DNA from: Eledone cirrhosa
Taxonomy: Eukaryota
Assembly: GCA_964016885.1 (NCBI GenBank)
Contig: OZ024740.1
Location: 222,580,001-222,644,000, forward strand
Direction: 5' to 3'
Length of the DNA stretch: 64,000 bases
Shown here: positions 11,577-25,200 of the stretch, one piece after another
Position numbering within the stretch: the stretch's first letter is position 1
Layout: each line of letters starts with the position of its first letter
Program-made: the position numbers and the translations under genes
The notes under the pieces: generated by a model
What the model was told of the DNA's origin: nothing
Database searches by the model: none
The model's input: only the letters and a program-made list of their open reading frames with translations

Positions 11577-14500
11577 TTATGTGTATGCATTTGTATGTTT
11601 ATATTATATATATATGTATATACCTCAGATTCAAGAGGAATCTAAGGTGGTGTGCAGAAAAGAAGATTGCATTGGTATGGACATGTGATGTACATGGACG
11701 ATGATCACTAGGTGAGGAAGTGCCAGGAAATCCTAGTGGAAGGAAGCTGCAGTAGAGGTAGACCAGGAAAGACCTAGGCAGGGGTTGTGAGAGCTGACCC
11801 CAAATTGCTGAGTCTCATAGAAGAGATGATGAAGGAAGACGGTGAGTGGAGAGATGTCATAGTGAGAAGGACGCATCAAACCTATGCAAATATGGAAAGA
11901 AATTTGGGCTAAGAAAATAATCAGGATTGAATATATTCTTGCAAACCGTTTTATGTGGACATAAAACACATGATATCAAAACTTGATTCCAAAGAAAATG
12001 TTCCATATTTAAGGCCACAACTCATAACTGATCAACAAACATTGGAGTATTTTTCACATACCGATGGTGATACTACAAATATGTATATAAATATTTTAAA
12101 ACCTCATCCAAAGGAAGGCTATTCATCTAATTTGCTTACCAACAAACTACAACTTGCTGACAAATGTGCCATTTATTCTCTATGTCTCCTTTACCTCAAC
12201 TAAAATGGTTTCTACTCTCCTGAATTTTTCTCAACCATTCCTGTTTCTCTCACATCACAACTATACATTCTAAAATAATTTCTAGTCAATCCTTCCTCCA
12301 CAGGACTGCAACATGTATACATTTTTTCTACAAACAATGACATAATATGTTTAAACTGAACATCAACCTAATTGATCTCATTAAACTGGGATGGACTGCA
12401 AATGTAACACATATTACCCAACTTTCTCATTATAATCATCATTTTACATCTCCTTTGCCATGATAGCATGGATTGGGGAAGTGTTTTCAGAGAAAGTCAC
12501 TACTTATTATGAGCCCTTCCCTTCCTAAATAGGTCAGAAGGATTATGTGTCACTTGTTTTGACATTGTCTTTACAGCTGGTTGCCCTTCTTATCAATGGG
12601 AAGTGGGGGAAAATGTCCTTTCCCCCCCACCCTTATCAAACAAAGCCCTTCTCTCTGAACATGACCCCTTCTTTGAATATGGCCCCGACTTCAAACACAG
12701 CTCCTGCTACCTTTTATCAATGAAGGTGCTTGATATATATATATATATATGTGTATGTATAGTTATATGCTTGTGTGTGTGTGTGTGTGTTGTTATGCAA
12801 GGAGACCCACCAAGCATGAACTGCCCCAGGCTCCACAAGGTCTAAATCTGATCCTGGTTCTTATGCCAATCACTTTACAGAGTGCACTTGATGCATTAAC
12901 TGAGATGTAGAAAGACACAAATAAAATGAAACACGGGTTAACTGTTCTATCCACACACTGCTGATAGATAAAGACAAAATCATTGGGATTTTATGTATGC
13001 AAAATAGTATCAGAATATTTACCATCTTGTATTTTTGTGGAAAATGTTTCAAATAGTGTATAATTAAAAGGGTGGTTGAAAGTTAAACAGATGACATCAT
13101 GAAAAGTATTGAATTATTCAAATTTTTGTTTATAAAAGACTTAAAAATTTTGCTACACAATTACAGGACAGTGGATGTATTATTAAGTATAATCACATAC
13201 AATAGATGTTGGCAGCAAATTTCCTTGGAAAAAAATGTAGATCAGATGAAAATCAAAAACTGCCTTGAGATATTTATAACTTTTGAAGACAGCAATCAAA
13301 TGAAAGAGAATTTCTGATAAAAACTATTGGTGAAATATTTTCCTTGAAATCTAAAGAAAGAATATGAAAGAAACTTCAGGGCAAAAGGTAATTTACAGTA
13401 AATGATTTACAGAAATAACATTATTTGAAAATAAAGCAAAATCCATGATATTTATACATATATTTTTTTAATTTAAATTGTATTTTATCTACTGATCTGA
13501 GATAGTTTTCATTGTCTTAATATAAAAAAAAACATAAAACAAATAGCTACATTTATACATTGTACACATTTCATTGATGCAATGGATATGTTTATAAATA
13601 AGCAGCAATTGTTTTCAATAGCATTCTTCATTTGTTTTTGTTTCGTAGAAAACCATCATCATATCAAACAGAATAAAAAATAAGTGTAAATTCAACTACA
13701 TTATTCATTGCCAGGAGTGTTTTCAGTAAGTGTATTATATCAGTTCCTCAATTTTCATGGCTAACAGGTACTATTTTCATTCAGCAGTTATGTATTACTA
13801 CAAATGTGATACCTCTATAATTCCTCAACAAATATTTAAATTTGTGCAGCCATCCAACCCATGTAATAGTTGATGAAATACTCAAATATTGAATCCATAT
13901 AATTTACTTTTGTATATTTTAAATCAAATTATCATAATTTTAGTTTTATGAAATGTCTGCTTCACTACTTTTGCCCATTAAGTTACATGATACAATAAAA
14001 TATTAATGAAAAAAGAATTTAGTTTTTAAAATGAAATAGACAAAAATTGATTTAGATTATAACAAAAGCTATATCATGTGAAATGTAACACATCCCTATA
14101 TAAATATTAATACCATGCTATATACTAATACACAATATAAAATATACAATGACAGCTGCCTGTCTGAGGAAGGAGCTCTACCAGGTGGGGTGGCTGTTGC
14201 AGCAGGTGTCACTGGCCATTGTCTGCAGAAATGCCTATGTCATTTTGACAGTGGGCGCAGCTGAAGCATTACTCTGATCTAGGCATAGAGTCTGTCACCA
14301 TCCCCATTCCCCTTTCTTCCATTGCCTAATAGTCCTTGCTTGTTCTATTCCTCATGGCATTTATAGTCTGTTCCAATGTTGCTTTCTTTTTTCTATGTTG
14401 GACTAAAAATTCTAAATCTATCTATGTATCTAAATTACTACTGTAAAGAATTATTTCAATAGCAAAAAAATACTCAACCACTTCCAAATATTCTAATACT

Positions 14501-14589
14501 ATGGTTCTAAAATTTATTCTAATTAAAACCTAAAAATATTTGCTGGCTCTTAAGTGAAAGTCTTGCATTTGAAAAACAGTTCTGTAATA

Positions 14590-14791
14590 TATGAGGGTCA
14601 GCTGAAAAGTTAATAGGCTGACTATGAAGGAGTGATGTTAGAGCTGTGAAATATTGCATGCATTAATTTCAACTTTTCCTATTAATAACTGCATTGTTTC
14701 TTTCTAGGGACTATGTTGAAAATTAAACCTCATTTGGTCATTCCATGAGAATATCTTGGTCAGCCAATGAACTTTTCAGATGACCCTTGTA
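14590..14791. mobile_element. Mariner-type MITE (~200 bp)
   Basis: TA-TGAGGGTCAGCTGAAAAGTT ... AACTTTTCAGATGACCCTTG-TA TIRs with TA duplication; further copies at 45953-46153 and 62538-62743. Confidence 0.85.
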
Positions 14792-15023
14792 TAAGCAAAT
14801 ATGATGGTCAATTGCCCTTACCCATACACAAAATATAGATATAAAAGGTAATGCTGTCTCCAATCGAGACGAAGTGACAGTGCTCTTGAATACTTATAAA
14901 AATGAGAAAACTCATCGCCAGAACAGCTGCAAAAACAGCTAAATGCTGTCAAAGGCAGTGATGGGCAAAAATTCCTCACATACCAGCAGCCAGCAGTCAA
15001 CAGAGAGACAATCCACAAGGTGG

Positions 15024-15118
15024 GTGACAGGCAGATGAAATATAGAAAAGAGTGAAAGAGTAAGAGGATCTCTTTGACCTCCTCTTCCAATCTTTTCCAT
15101 ATTTCATCTGCCTATCAC
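15024..15118. other. ~95-nt hairpin (28-bp arms, 26/28 complementary)
   Basis: GTGACAGGCAGATGAAATATAGAAAAGA pairs with TCTTTTCCATATTTCATCTGCCTATCAC, with further partial pairing inside. Confidence 0.8.
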
Positions 15119-15605
15119 AAGATACAAGCTTACCATGTTAGTGCTGCCTTTCTGTGCTGACATGAATTCTTCAATGCAGATCTTACTATCCTCCTAGACA
15201 GCTTGGAATGATGTCTAGCTTGCATTTTCCATTTTCAGCATGCTGTCTATAGCTAGATGCCCTTCCTGTGACCAACCCATTTACAGAGCGTGTTGGATGC
15301 ATTTCGATGTGGCACCAGAAATTGAGAGTCTGAGCTTATCTCCAGCATGATAAAAAAAAGTCCTCTTTACATTATGTTATCTACATGTTCACTCACTGCC
15401 ATAAAAGATGTCCTCCAGCCATAATACTAAAAAGCTTATCTGCTTCCCTGAATTATTCCTCCCCGGTGTTTCTGACTTTCTTTCCAACATTCCAGATGAA
15501 GATAACAAAGGCAAAGAGAGTGTGTTTGCATGTGTCTCTATGTGTTTGTGTAAGTATATATCATCACCAACATCTTCTATACAATTTTCCATGCTTGCAT
15601 TGGTG

Positions 15606-15643
<38 letters not shown>

Positions 15644-16661
15644 CATCCAAACGTGTGCATATTAACACATGCACACATAATATATATATATGTATATGTG
15701 TTGATGAAGGGATAGCCATATTCCATTGTAAGATGCATTACTGACTTGCATATATATCACATAACTTGGAATGTACCTCTCTGGATTCCCAGGAACCTAT
15801 CGAAGATATTCATCGATTAGGTCCAGGTTTTTCTTTTGACCTGTTTGTATATATCGTTATTGTAGTATTACTGTTGCAACATCCCTCTGGTTGCATTATT
15901 TATAGCGTCACTATTCCTTATCTTTTTGGGTTCACTCTGAGGAGAAATTTATCAATTACTCACTCATTGAGAGCTTTGTGACATCCTCTGATAATTTGAT
16001 TGTTCAACTACTATTTTGCAGCTGCAACTTTGATTATACTCATTAGTATATATATATATATGTGTGTATATTTGTCAGTGTGTGCATGTGTAGACATATA
16101 CACACGGAGATACATGCACTCACACAAAGAATCATATAAGACTTTGAAGAATATCCATTAGAAAGCATAATTATGGATACCAACTTGAAACATAAACTGG
16201 TGACATAATGTTTAAAATGATATTTGTCGAAAATATGATTTACTAAAATGTTTTTTCACAACACTTATTTTTATTAATTGTTATAAATTGTGTTTATTGA
16301 TATTAGAGCTATTCAGAAAAAAAAACGAGTGTTTTTTTTCTTTCTTTTCCTTTGTTTGATATGAAGCTATCAGGGCACATTCATTAGAATGCAACTCAAA
16401 CATTAATAATAGAACTTGGAGAAAGACAACTAACAATTACCGCTACTTTGAATATTATGAATAGTCTCTAATCAAAGAATGAGAACTTTATAATGGCTGG
16501 TGTCAATTTACTTAGTGACGGTTTTATTAGTTTGTCTGGAGAAGTGTAGAGCAGTCAATAATGTCGCAAGCAGGATTGCCAGATCAATCTCATAAAATGT
16601 AGTACAAAATCAAAAAGTAGCCAAAAACGAAACTTTTGCTAACAACTTATAGACACACACG

Positions 16662-16727
<66 letters not shown>

Positions 16728-17529
16728 GAGAGAGAGATATCTACACATATGTATAGATACATGCCTCTCTATCTATGTATATATATTAAGAGGTGCACTA
16801 GCACCCAAAGTGTATGATAAAGTTATATTAGTACAGATACAGAGTGTGTAAATGAATCAGCACCAATGTGTATATAAATACGTACATGTTTAATATGTAG
16901 ACATATAATCATGCCAACAAATACAAATTTCCCTGTAAATTGAAAAGAATTATGAACACTTTTAATCGATTTTCAGACTGAAATGGGCCTACATCTCAAC
17001 AACCACAAGAAAAAATGTATTTTCTGGGCTTATATACACAGTTGCTCTTATTATTCTGAAATAGATGTATTAATTTGCATATAATTAGCACTAATATTGG
17101 TAATTAATTAAGATATATTTAATTAAATGCTCTAGCTGTCGAAGTGTATGATAAAGTTGTATCCGTATATATACAGTCTGTACAACCAAGACAGCACCAA
17201 TGATAGAATACATCGGTACATTCTGTAAAGTGGTTACCATTAAGAAGTTAATCCAGCAGTAGAAATCATACAAAATATGGAAATCATGAGCAAATCATGG
17301 TTCTCATACCAATCTAGTCTCAAATTGTGATGACCGATACAACCCATGCCAGCATAGAATGATGATGATGATACACATAGAAGGATTACCTGAAAGCTGT
17401 TTATAATTTTCTAATTAATACATAATTTAATATAATATTCAATAGGTTATTACCTTTGAGATTTGAGTAGCAAGTAGCTCAACTGACATTTATAGTAGTA
17501 TGCATTAATGTTATCTACTATGTGCAGTG

Positions 17530-17701
17530 AGGGCTGGATTAACCAGTAAACAAAATAAGAACATACTTAGGGCAACAAAGGAAGGAGGGAACCATTAAAT
17601 GTATTTGTCATAAAAAAAAGCAAAAATTGCAATCTTTATATATGTGAGGGACCATAATCTGTTGAGTGCTTGGGGCCTCAAATAGATTTAATATTGCCCT
17701 G
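17530..17701. mobile_element. Decayed hAT-type MITE
   Basis: Ends AGGGCTGGATTAA ... TTAATATTGCCCTG resemble CAGGGCCGGATTAA-type TIRs. Confidence 0.5.
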
Positions 17702-18267
17702 ATTGTAGCCCAGTCTGGGAATCCTGGCCCTCAGTCCTCTCAGAGAAATTCAGACTGGGGTATAAAAGATAATGATAGAATCATTTTAAGGAAATGTTTC
17801 ATAGCGGTAAAGCAATAGTGCTGGTGCCACAATAAAAGGCACCCAGCACACTATGTAAATTATTTGGCCTTTAGGAAGATCATCTAGCTGGTGATGTAGA
17901 AACAATGCCAACATGTGGAACATATGAGACAGATATTGCTCTCCAGTCTGTCTAGTCTCTAAACAGGATGACCCATCCAATCAATGACGGGATAGATGAT
18001 GGACATAAAATGATAATATTTTGTTTGCTGACACCAACTCTTATGACATGCAGAGGTATGAGGTACCTATTCTAAATTAGGCTATCTATTAATCAGAAAC
18101 TATGAACCACATCTATGAAGCCCCCTGAGCATTGGAAATATTTGTCTCCACAATATTGAGTTCTATTGCCTTAAATTCTGCATTTAAATTCCACAGATGT
18201 AAATTCATCCAATGGTGATAAAACAATGACTTGATATCAACTATAACACTTTCCATACTTATAATAA

Positions 18268-18520
18268 GGGTGGTGGATTGGTAGTATCGGTAGAGCATTG
18301 GACACCATGCTTTGCAGCATAGAGTTACGATCTGAGTTCAAATCCTGCTGATGTTAACTTTGCCTCTCATCCTTACGGGGTCAATAAAATAAAGCACCAG
18401 TAACGTACTGGGGGGTGATTGAATCAAATTGCCCCTCCCCCCAAATTACTGACCTTGTGCCTATACAAGAATCATACTTATAATAATTGTTTCTACTTTA
18501 GGCACAAGGCCAGCAATTAC
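18268..18520 (+). mobile_element. SINE family B plus a short inverted tail fragment
   Basis: Head GGTAGTATCGGTAGAGC, B-box GTTCAAATCC and the family core; TACTTATAATAA occurs three times as a flanking repeat. Confidence 0.8.
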
Positions 18521-19145
18521 TTATAATAATGGAAGAAAACAATATGTTTTACATATATATATCATATTTTGTTTTTAGTTAAAGGAGGGCTAGAGGGAAA
18601 AATATTCACTACTATACTGGTGCTCCCATTACTTACTCAATGAAACAAGATTTTAATGTATAATTGTGTGAATCTGTACTCAGAGTGCTTACCATGGGTT
18701 TTCATTATAATTGCAGTTGCAGAGTTTCCTGGTCCTAGGTTTCTACAATGCAGATTGATCAGATGAAAATCTTTTTTCACAGTGGCTGGACAGTGAAATG
18801 TCATGCTACATGTTATAAAGTAAGTTTTGCTCTAAATCAGAATTGATGTTAAAGTTGGCATTGATTGAGAATATCTATGGTATAAGATGCCCCAGGTATG
18901 ACCATTCTATCTTCTAGAGCATATGAAAAAAAAATGTATTTAATATGTTTTTCCTTTTTCTAAGGATGCTGGGATGTGATTTGAGGAAGATTTGACAGCA
19001 ATTTCTAACACATCAAGTAAACATACAAAGGCTTTCTCATTGGCTTGCCTAAACTAAAAAAATATATATATATATATATATATTATTCAGAATATTAATA
19101 AACAAAGACATTCACATAATCAAAATATATGTTTTATTATATATA

Positions 19146-20457
19146 TTCGAAATATGGAAGCGTGGCCTAGAATCAAAAGGCCTTAATGTTAACATGTCTA
19201 AGACTAAAGTTCTAGATTGTAGAAAGGAAAAATAGGGCACAGGTGCCCTCAGGGAAATGGCCATGCTCAGTGTGTAGGAAAGGAGTAGGCCGAAATTCTA
19301 TTTTATGTCCCAAATGTAAACTATGGGTACATAAAAGATGTAGTGGGATCACAAGTAAACTATCTAAGAATGTAGACTTTATATGTGGCCGATGCTCAGG
19401 TGCAATAAGTAGCAAGTGTCCACAGGATACTAGTTCCTTCTATTGCCCAGATGGTTCTATAGAAATAGTAGACACTTTCCATTATCTGGGTGACAAAATC
19501 AGCAGTGGAGGAGGGTGTTCTGAAAGTACAGTAGCCAGAGTCAGAACGGGATGGAAAAAGTTCAGAGAGCTTATACCGCTGTTGGCCACAAAAGGTTTCT
19601 CTCTAAAAATGAAAGGCAGATTGTTTGATGCTTGTATACGAACAGCAATGCTACATGGCAGTGAGACATGGGCATTACGTGCAGAGGACCTGTGCAGACT
19701 GGAAAGGAATGAAGCATGCATCTCCGTTGGATCTGTAATAGTAATATACATGAATGGCAAAGCATAAAGGTACTAATTGAGAAATTAGGAATGAGAGGTA
19801 TCAGATGCTGTTTACTTGAGAGAAGACTACGTTGGTATGGCCACGTGATGCGCATGAAAGACGACAGCTGTATAAAAAAAGTGCAGGGCGATCAAAATTG
19901 ATGGTAGTTACGGAGTAGGTAGACCCAGAAAAATCTGGGACGATCTAATAAATTCTGACCTTACAAACTTGCACCTGTCTAAGACAATGTCACTGGACCA
20001 AGATCTTTGGCGCTACGCAGTAATACAGAAGACCCGCCTTGCCTATGTACAAAGCAAAACCTACAGTCAGTAGGCACCTCTTAACCAAATATACACCACA
20101 ATCCACTACCCCTACCCTATCCTCCCACTCCCACCACGCTCTCTCTGTAAAGTTGGTACCACAACATCCAGTCCAAATAAATGAGATAATGAGATCGAGA
20201 TTGTGTAGGTGTCACAACAAAAAACACACAGTCCACGCTTTAATGTGGCCGTGTAGGTAACACGATAAAAAGTTCCCAGTTCCACACTGTAAATGTGGTT
20301 GGTGTTAGGAAGGGCATGCAACCGTAGAAAACCTGCCAGATCGTCCTATATGAGCGAGACACGGTCACCCGACCAACCTTGCCTCAAATTGGGACAACTC
20401 CCGTCTAACCCATACTAGCGTGGAAAATGGACGTTAAACGATGATGATGATGATGAT
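19146..20457 (+). mobile_element. 5'-truncated RTE LINE (late RT, PHD finger, C-terminus, 3' UTR, (GAT)n tail)
   Basis: GLNVNMSKTKV; CSVC..CPKCKLWVHKRC..CGRC; FHYLGD; GWKKFREL; LHGSETW; RRLRWYGHVMRM; GRPRKIW; (GAT)n tail; frameshifts. Confidence 0.95.
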
Positions 20458-20513
20458 TTTGAAGGTACTGTGCTGTTTTTTCAGTATGTCCTCATCATAC
20501 ATCAATTCATGTA

Positions 20514-20575
20514 TTTTATCTGACGAGGACGTACTGAAAAAACAGCACAGTACCTTTGAAATATATATAATAAAT
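20514..20575 (+). ncRNA. Minimal type I hammerhead ribozyme motif
   Basis: TTTAT, CTGACGA (20520-20526), stem II GGACGTACTG/CAGTACCTTT, GAAA (20558-20561), palindromic TATATA, TA, ATAAA. Confidence 0.68.
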
Positions 20576-20723
20576 AATAAAACATATTTTGATTATGTGA
20601 ATGTCTTCATTTATTAATATTCTGAATAATATTAATAACCCAGAAAACTTCATTGTAGAGTGCTTTTAAACTATTGTAAAACTATATTCATTGAGCAATC
20701 AATGAACCATATTAATCTTTGGT

Positions 20724-20773
<50 letters not shown>

Positions 20774-21744
20774 TGTGTGTGTGTAAAAATATGACAAACA
20801 AATGCAATCAGAGAATACATAAAAATATAGCCCCAAGAGAAGTTTAATGAAAATTAATCACCATAATATTGCCTCCTACTCAATATTATTTTTGCTGTTA
20901 AGCTGTTCTCTCTCTGGAATAGTAAATATCAATTTTCAAATATATTATCCGATTAAAAGATACAGCAATTCATAAAATTGTTTCCCAACCAAGAATGCAA
21001 AGTAAGTAATCTTCATTATATTTGAGAGAATATTATATATCATAGATGTCAAATATCTAAATATCAAGAAAATTTTATTATGATAGAAGACTTCAAAATT
21101 GTCATCATAACTTAATGTTTGCTATCAAGATATTTATGACAAAATGATTTCCCATAAATATATTTAGTCAAATATCTCAGCAAACTTTTAATAATGCATT
21201 TCATTCTAGATATTAGTGTTAAATAACACACATAAAATTATTTCGATATAATTCACTCAGGCATTTACTATTTAGTAAACTATTTAGTAAAATAATCACG
21301 AGCTTATGTAACTAAGGAGGCACAATAGGCATTTTTCTATTATCAAATTTACCATGTTGAAAATTGGGCAACTAAACTGGGGCCCTAAAATTTGTGTCCT
21401 TCAAGAAATGAGAAATAAAAGCGAGCTAATGCAATAGCGAGGACCCTTTTGTCCCTTGTTGAATATTAAATAATTTCTCTAGAATTTGAGCTATGACAAA
21501 ATTTTCCCAGTACATCCTGTAAAGAGATTGGAAATTGAATAGTAGAGTGGCACTTTCAGTATTCTAACATATATGATAACCTAATGCTGGTGCCATGCCA
21601 AATACACACAATACATTCAGTAAAGTGAAATGGTTGACATCAGGAAAAGCATTTAGCCATAGAAACTATGCCACAATACTAAACATATAAGCAAGGCATT
21701 GTTATCTAATCTAACTTGTTTTGAATGGTGATGACTTGTCCAAT

Positions 21745-22210
21745 ATTATTATTACTATTCATAATACTTTTGTACTGGCAGATGTTATAGCAACACTATA
21801 CCAAAAGAGTGAGCCATAGACAATGGCCAAAGGTCCTTTGGGCCATTCCTTCTCCTTCAACTTTCCAATGCCTTTCTTAGAATTCTTGCTGTTCTCAGTA
21901 AAGCTGTTTTCTGCTGCAATCCTGTCCTGGTGGTAATTCCTAGCTTCTCAAGTCATGCATTCAACTTTTTACTAACTGTTACCAGTGCACCAACAACAAT
22001 AGGTTCCACTTCTATGTGTCTGATTCGCCACAGTTCCCTGATTTCTCTCTTCCCTCCTTGTATTTCTCAAGTTTCTCAATTTCTTTCTCATTCACCCTGT
22101 GGTATTACAGTGAAGCAATATAGACACTGCATGCCTTGTTATTCTTCTTTCATATGACAACAATGTCAGGCTTTCTTGCTATGATAAAATGTTCACACTG
22201 GATGGTCACA
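21745..22210 (-). mobile_element. R4/Dong-like non-LTR retrotransposon 3' fragment (restriction-like endonuclease)
   Basis: The minus strand translates, with breaks, to IQCEHFIIARKPDIVV...EKY..EIRELW...VEPIVVGAL...QKTALLRTARILRKAL; a (TAA)n-like tail lies near 21745. Confidence 0.78.
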
Positions 22211-25200
22211 AGATCTTACACTGTTCATTATTATTGTTATTATTCCCTTTCATCATTATGGGGGTCGATAAAATAAAGCACCAGTAATGCACTGGGGTAA
22301 TTGCTGGCCTTGTGCCAAAAGTAGAAACAGTCATTATTATTATTATTATTATCATCCTCACCATGTGACTGGCCTTGTGCCTAAAGTAGAAACAATTATT
22401 ATCATCATGACCATCAGCAGCAGCAGCTTGTTTATTGCTTTATCTATTTTTTTTGTTTTGTGGGGATTAGGGAAATTATTTTGTTTTTTATTAGTGCCTC
22501 AAGATGTTAAGATCTTTATACATTTAATCCTTAATATTTCCTACTGTTACCACATCTATGTGTAATCCTTGTTTCTGTACATAAGTCTATTTTAATCAGT
22601 ATTGAGCAATGGAATAGTAAATAGACAATTTATTAATTATAATATGTTAAATCAGAAATGTAAGGAAATGTATAAGTAACATAACTTTAAGAAAATAAGT
22701 AAAAATATATTAATTTCATATGCTTCTCACCCACCTCCCAGGTGAAAAATGAATGAACAATTGAAGTGATTATGGAGAGAAATATATGTGCATTTATTAG
22801 TATGGCATAAGGTTTACAAACAATGGGCATAGCATTATGTAATCATAGAGAAAAGATGAGAAACCATGTGTATGTAATTCACACTCACTCCTATTTTTAA
22901 CATACATACACATGAAATATGATTGATACTAACATGAAAAGAGTAATAATAGAAAATGTTCATAACATAACTGAATCACTAATAACATTATCATAGTATT
23001 AAAGAGGTTACTGATCAATTTTAAACTTTGGAATACAACAAACTTGGAATCTCGCAAATTCCACATGTATCAATCTCAATTGATTGCTCTTATGTACATA
23101 AGTGATGGTTATACAGCAGTCACTACCAATACAGATATGTGATGCTCTATATCCTGATGTAGCTGTTAAGTGTTGTACACCATTGTGATGTAAACACTTT
23201 ACATCTCTTGGGCAAAACTGTCAGGAGTAACACTGATCGAAAACATATTTACATTATCATGTGTTCTCATAATCCACCTCTGTCACTGTTTAGCTGAGGA
23301 CACAAGGATTACCTTAATGCTGGTGCCATAATGAAATTCACCAATTGCTCTCTATAAGTGGTAGGGCTGGTAAATGATAAAATAATCACTGTAAACTCTG
23401 TAAAGAGGTTGGCATTAAGAGGGGCATCCAGCAACAGAAACCATCCCAAAATTGAATGCATAAGCAAGACATGGTAAAACATTCTACAGCTGGATGCCCT
23501 TCCTAACATTAACCATTTTACCGCATGTTCTGTGTGCATTTATAATGTATCCCACCAATGCTAGAAAGGTGGTCATGTCCTTGAAACAAATCAAGGGTCT
23601 TCTCAAACATTTTAGGCATGATTTCTACAGTGTGATGCCCTTTCTTTCGCCAACCAACTTGCAAGTTGTACTAGGTGCTTTTTTGTGACACCAGTGCTAG
23701 ATATTATTGGACCTTGTGCCAACTGAAGAGCCTTCTCTGCTCTGTGGGTGTTGGACTGAAGCGATAGGACAAGGGACATAATTAGAAAGTTATTGCTAGA
23801 GTGGTCTGATTTGACTGGGTAAGTGTGGAGGGAAAAGAGGTGACATATGATAGCATAGGGTGGGGAGAACACATACACACATGCATGAAGACACTTATAC
23901 ACATTTTACTCATTTATAAATGAGAGTTGGTCAAAGTGCAGTGCACTGTGACTGAATCAGAAACCATATGACTGGAAAGCAAACGTCTTAACTACACAAC
24001 GATGTCTATGCTTAGATTTAATATCCTGGGTGACTTTTGTGACTTTTTTTTCAAACATTTACTATCTTCATTGATATATGCAGAAAACTTGTTTTCAACA
24101 AATTTTAATATTTGCATTTTTTCCCTATAACAGATTTTTGAAAATAAAATGGATTAAAACAAGACATTGGAAATTTTCACATTTTCTTGTTGAGCTAGTT
24201 ATGGATAAATAATTTGCCTACTGATATGTAGTAGTAGAAAATATAGTTAAAAATACAGGCTATATCGAAAATATAGTTACAGGGTCTAGCCTGGTGAATA
24301 GCCTAGAAGAAGAATTAATTTTTAATTCTTTTTTTCACATCTCACACTTATTATGCCTTAATGTCTTTTCATGTAGAAAAATAATGGTTGAGGGTGAACC
24401 AATGCTGAACTGTTTTAAAGGCATTAGTTATCCTTAAACCAGCCATAGATTTATGCTAGAACAAATTTTCAAGAATCAGTTGTTACACTGTAAAAACTTT
24501 ACTCATCACAATGTACTAAATACCAACTAATAGCAAATATATAAACTTTCCTAAGACATTAGCATGATATCTGCTGTAGATAAAAGTGGGCACAATCATT
24601 ACAGTGCTGAATAAAAGAGTTTAACCTTGGCTTTCATCCTTTTGTAGATAAAGGATCTACGGCAATGCCTTAGCAGAATTGTTAGAATGTTGAACAAAAT
24701 TAATAGAAGTGCCAAGAAATCCCAGTAGAAGGAAGATGCAGTAGAGGTTGACCACTGAGGAGATGACGAAGGACCGTGACAAGTGGAGAGATGCTGTGCT
24801 GAATAGGACCCGTCCAACCCTTGCAAGCAGGGAAAAGCAGACGTAAAATGATGATGATGATGTTCTAGCTTCTTACATTCCAAGTTCATCTGAGTTGTTT
24901 TTCCCTTTGCCTTTTTCTTGGACAAATTCAGTGGAAGTGAGAGGAAACACTTGATGCAGAAGTAACTGCTAGTACCCAATGAAAAGATTTGCACAGGCCT
25001 GCACCCTGAAAAGAACATTCCAGATGCAGATACATAATCAAATTTAACCAACAAAGGTCTAAAGTTCTTGTCTGAGAAAAAGAATGTAATGTTGATGAAA
25101 TTTTATAAAGCACACCTGAACTAAAGAAGCAGCAAATGTTAGTTTGGATTTTTGAGATAAATAGCAAAGATTGAACCATAGGCATACAAGTTCTACAAAG

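Larger units (their letters stand above)
19081..20631. repeat. Inverted repeat (Penelope-type pseudo-LTR pair) whose left arm is split by an RTE insertion
   Basis: 19081-19151 joined to 20458-20497 is the reverse complement of ~20521-20631. Confidence 0.8.
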
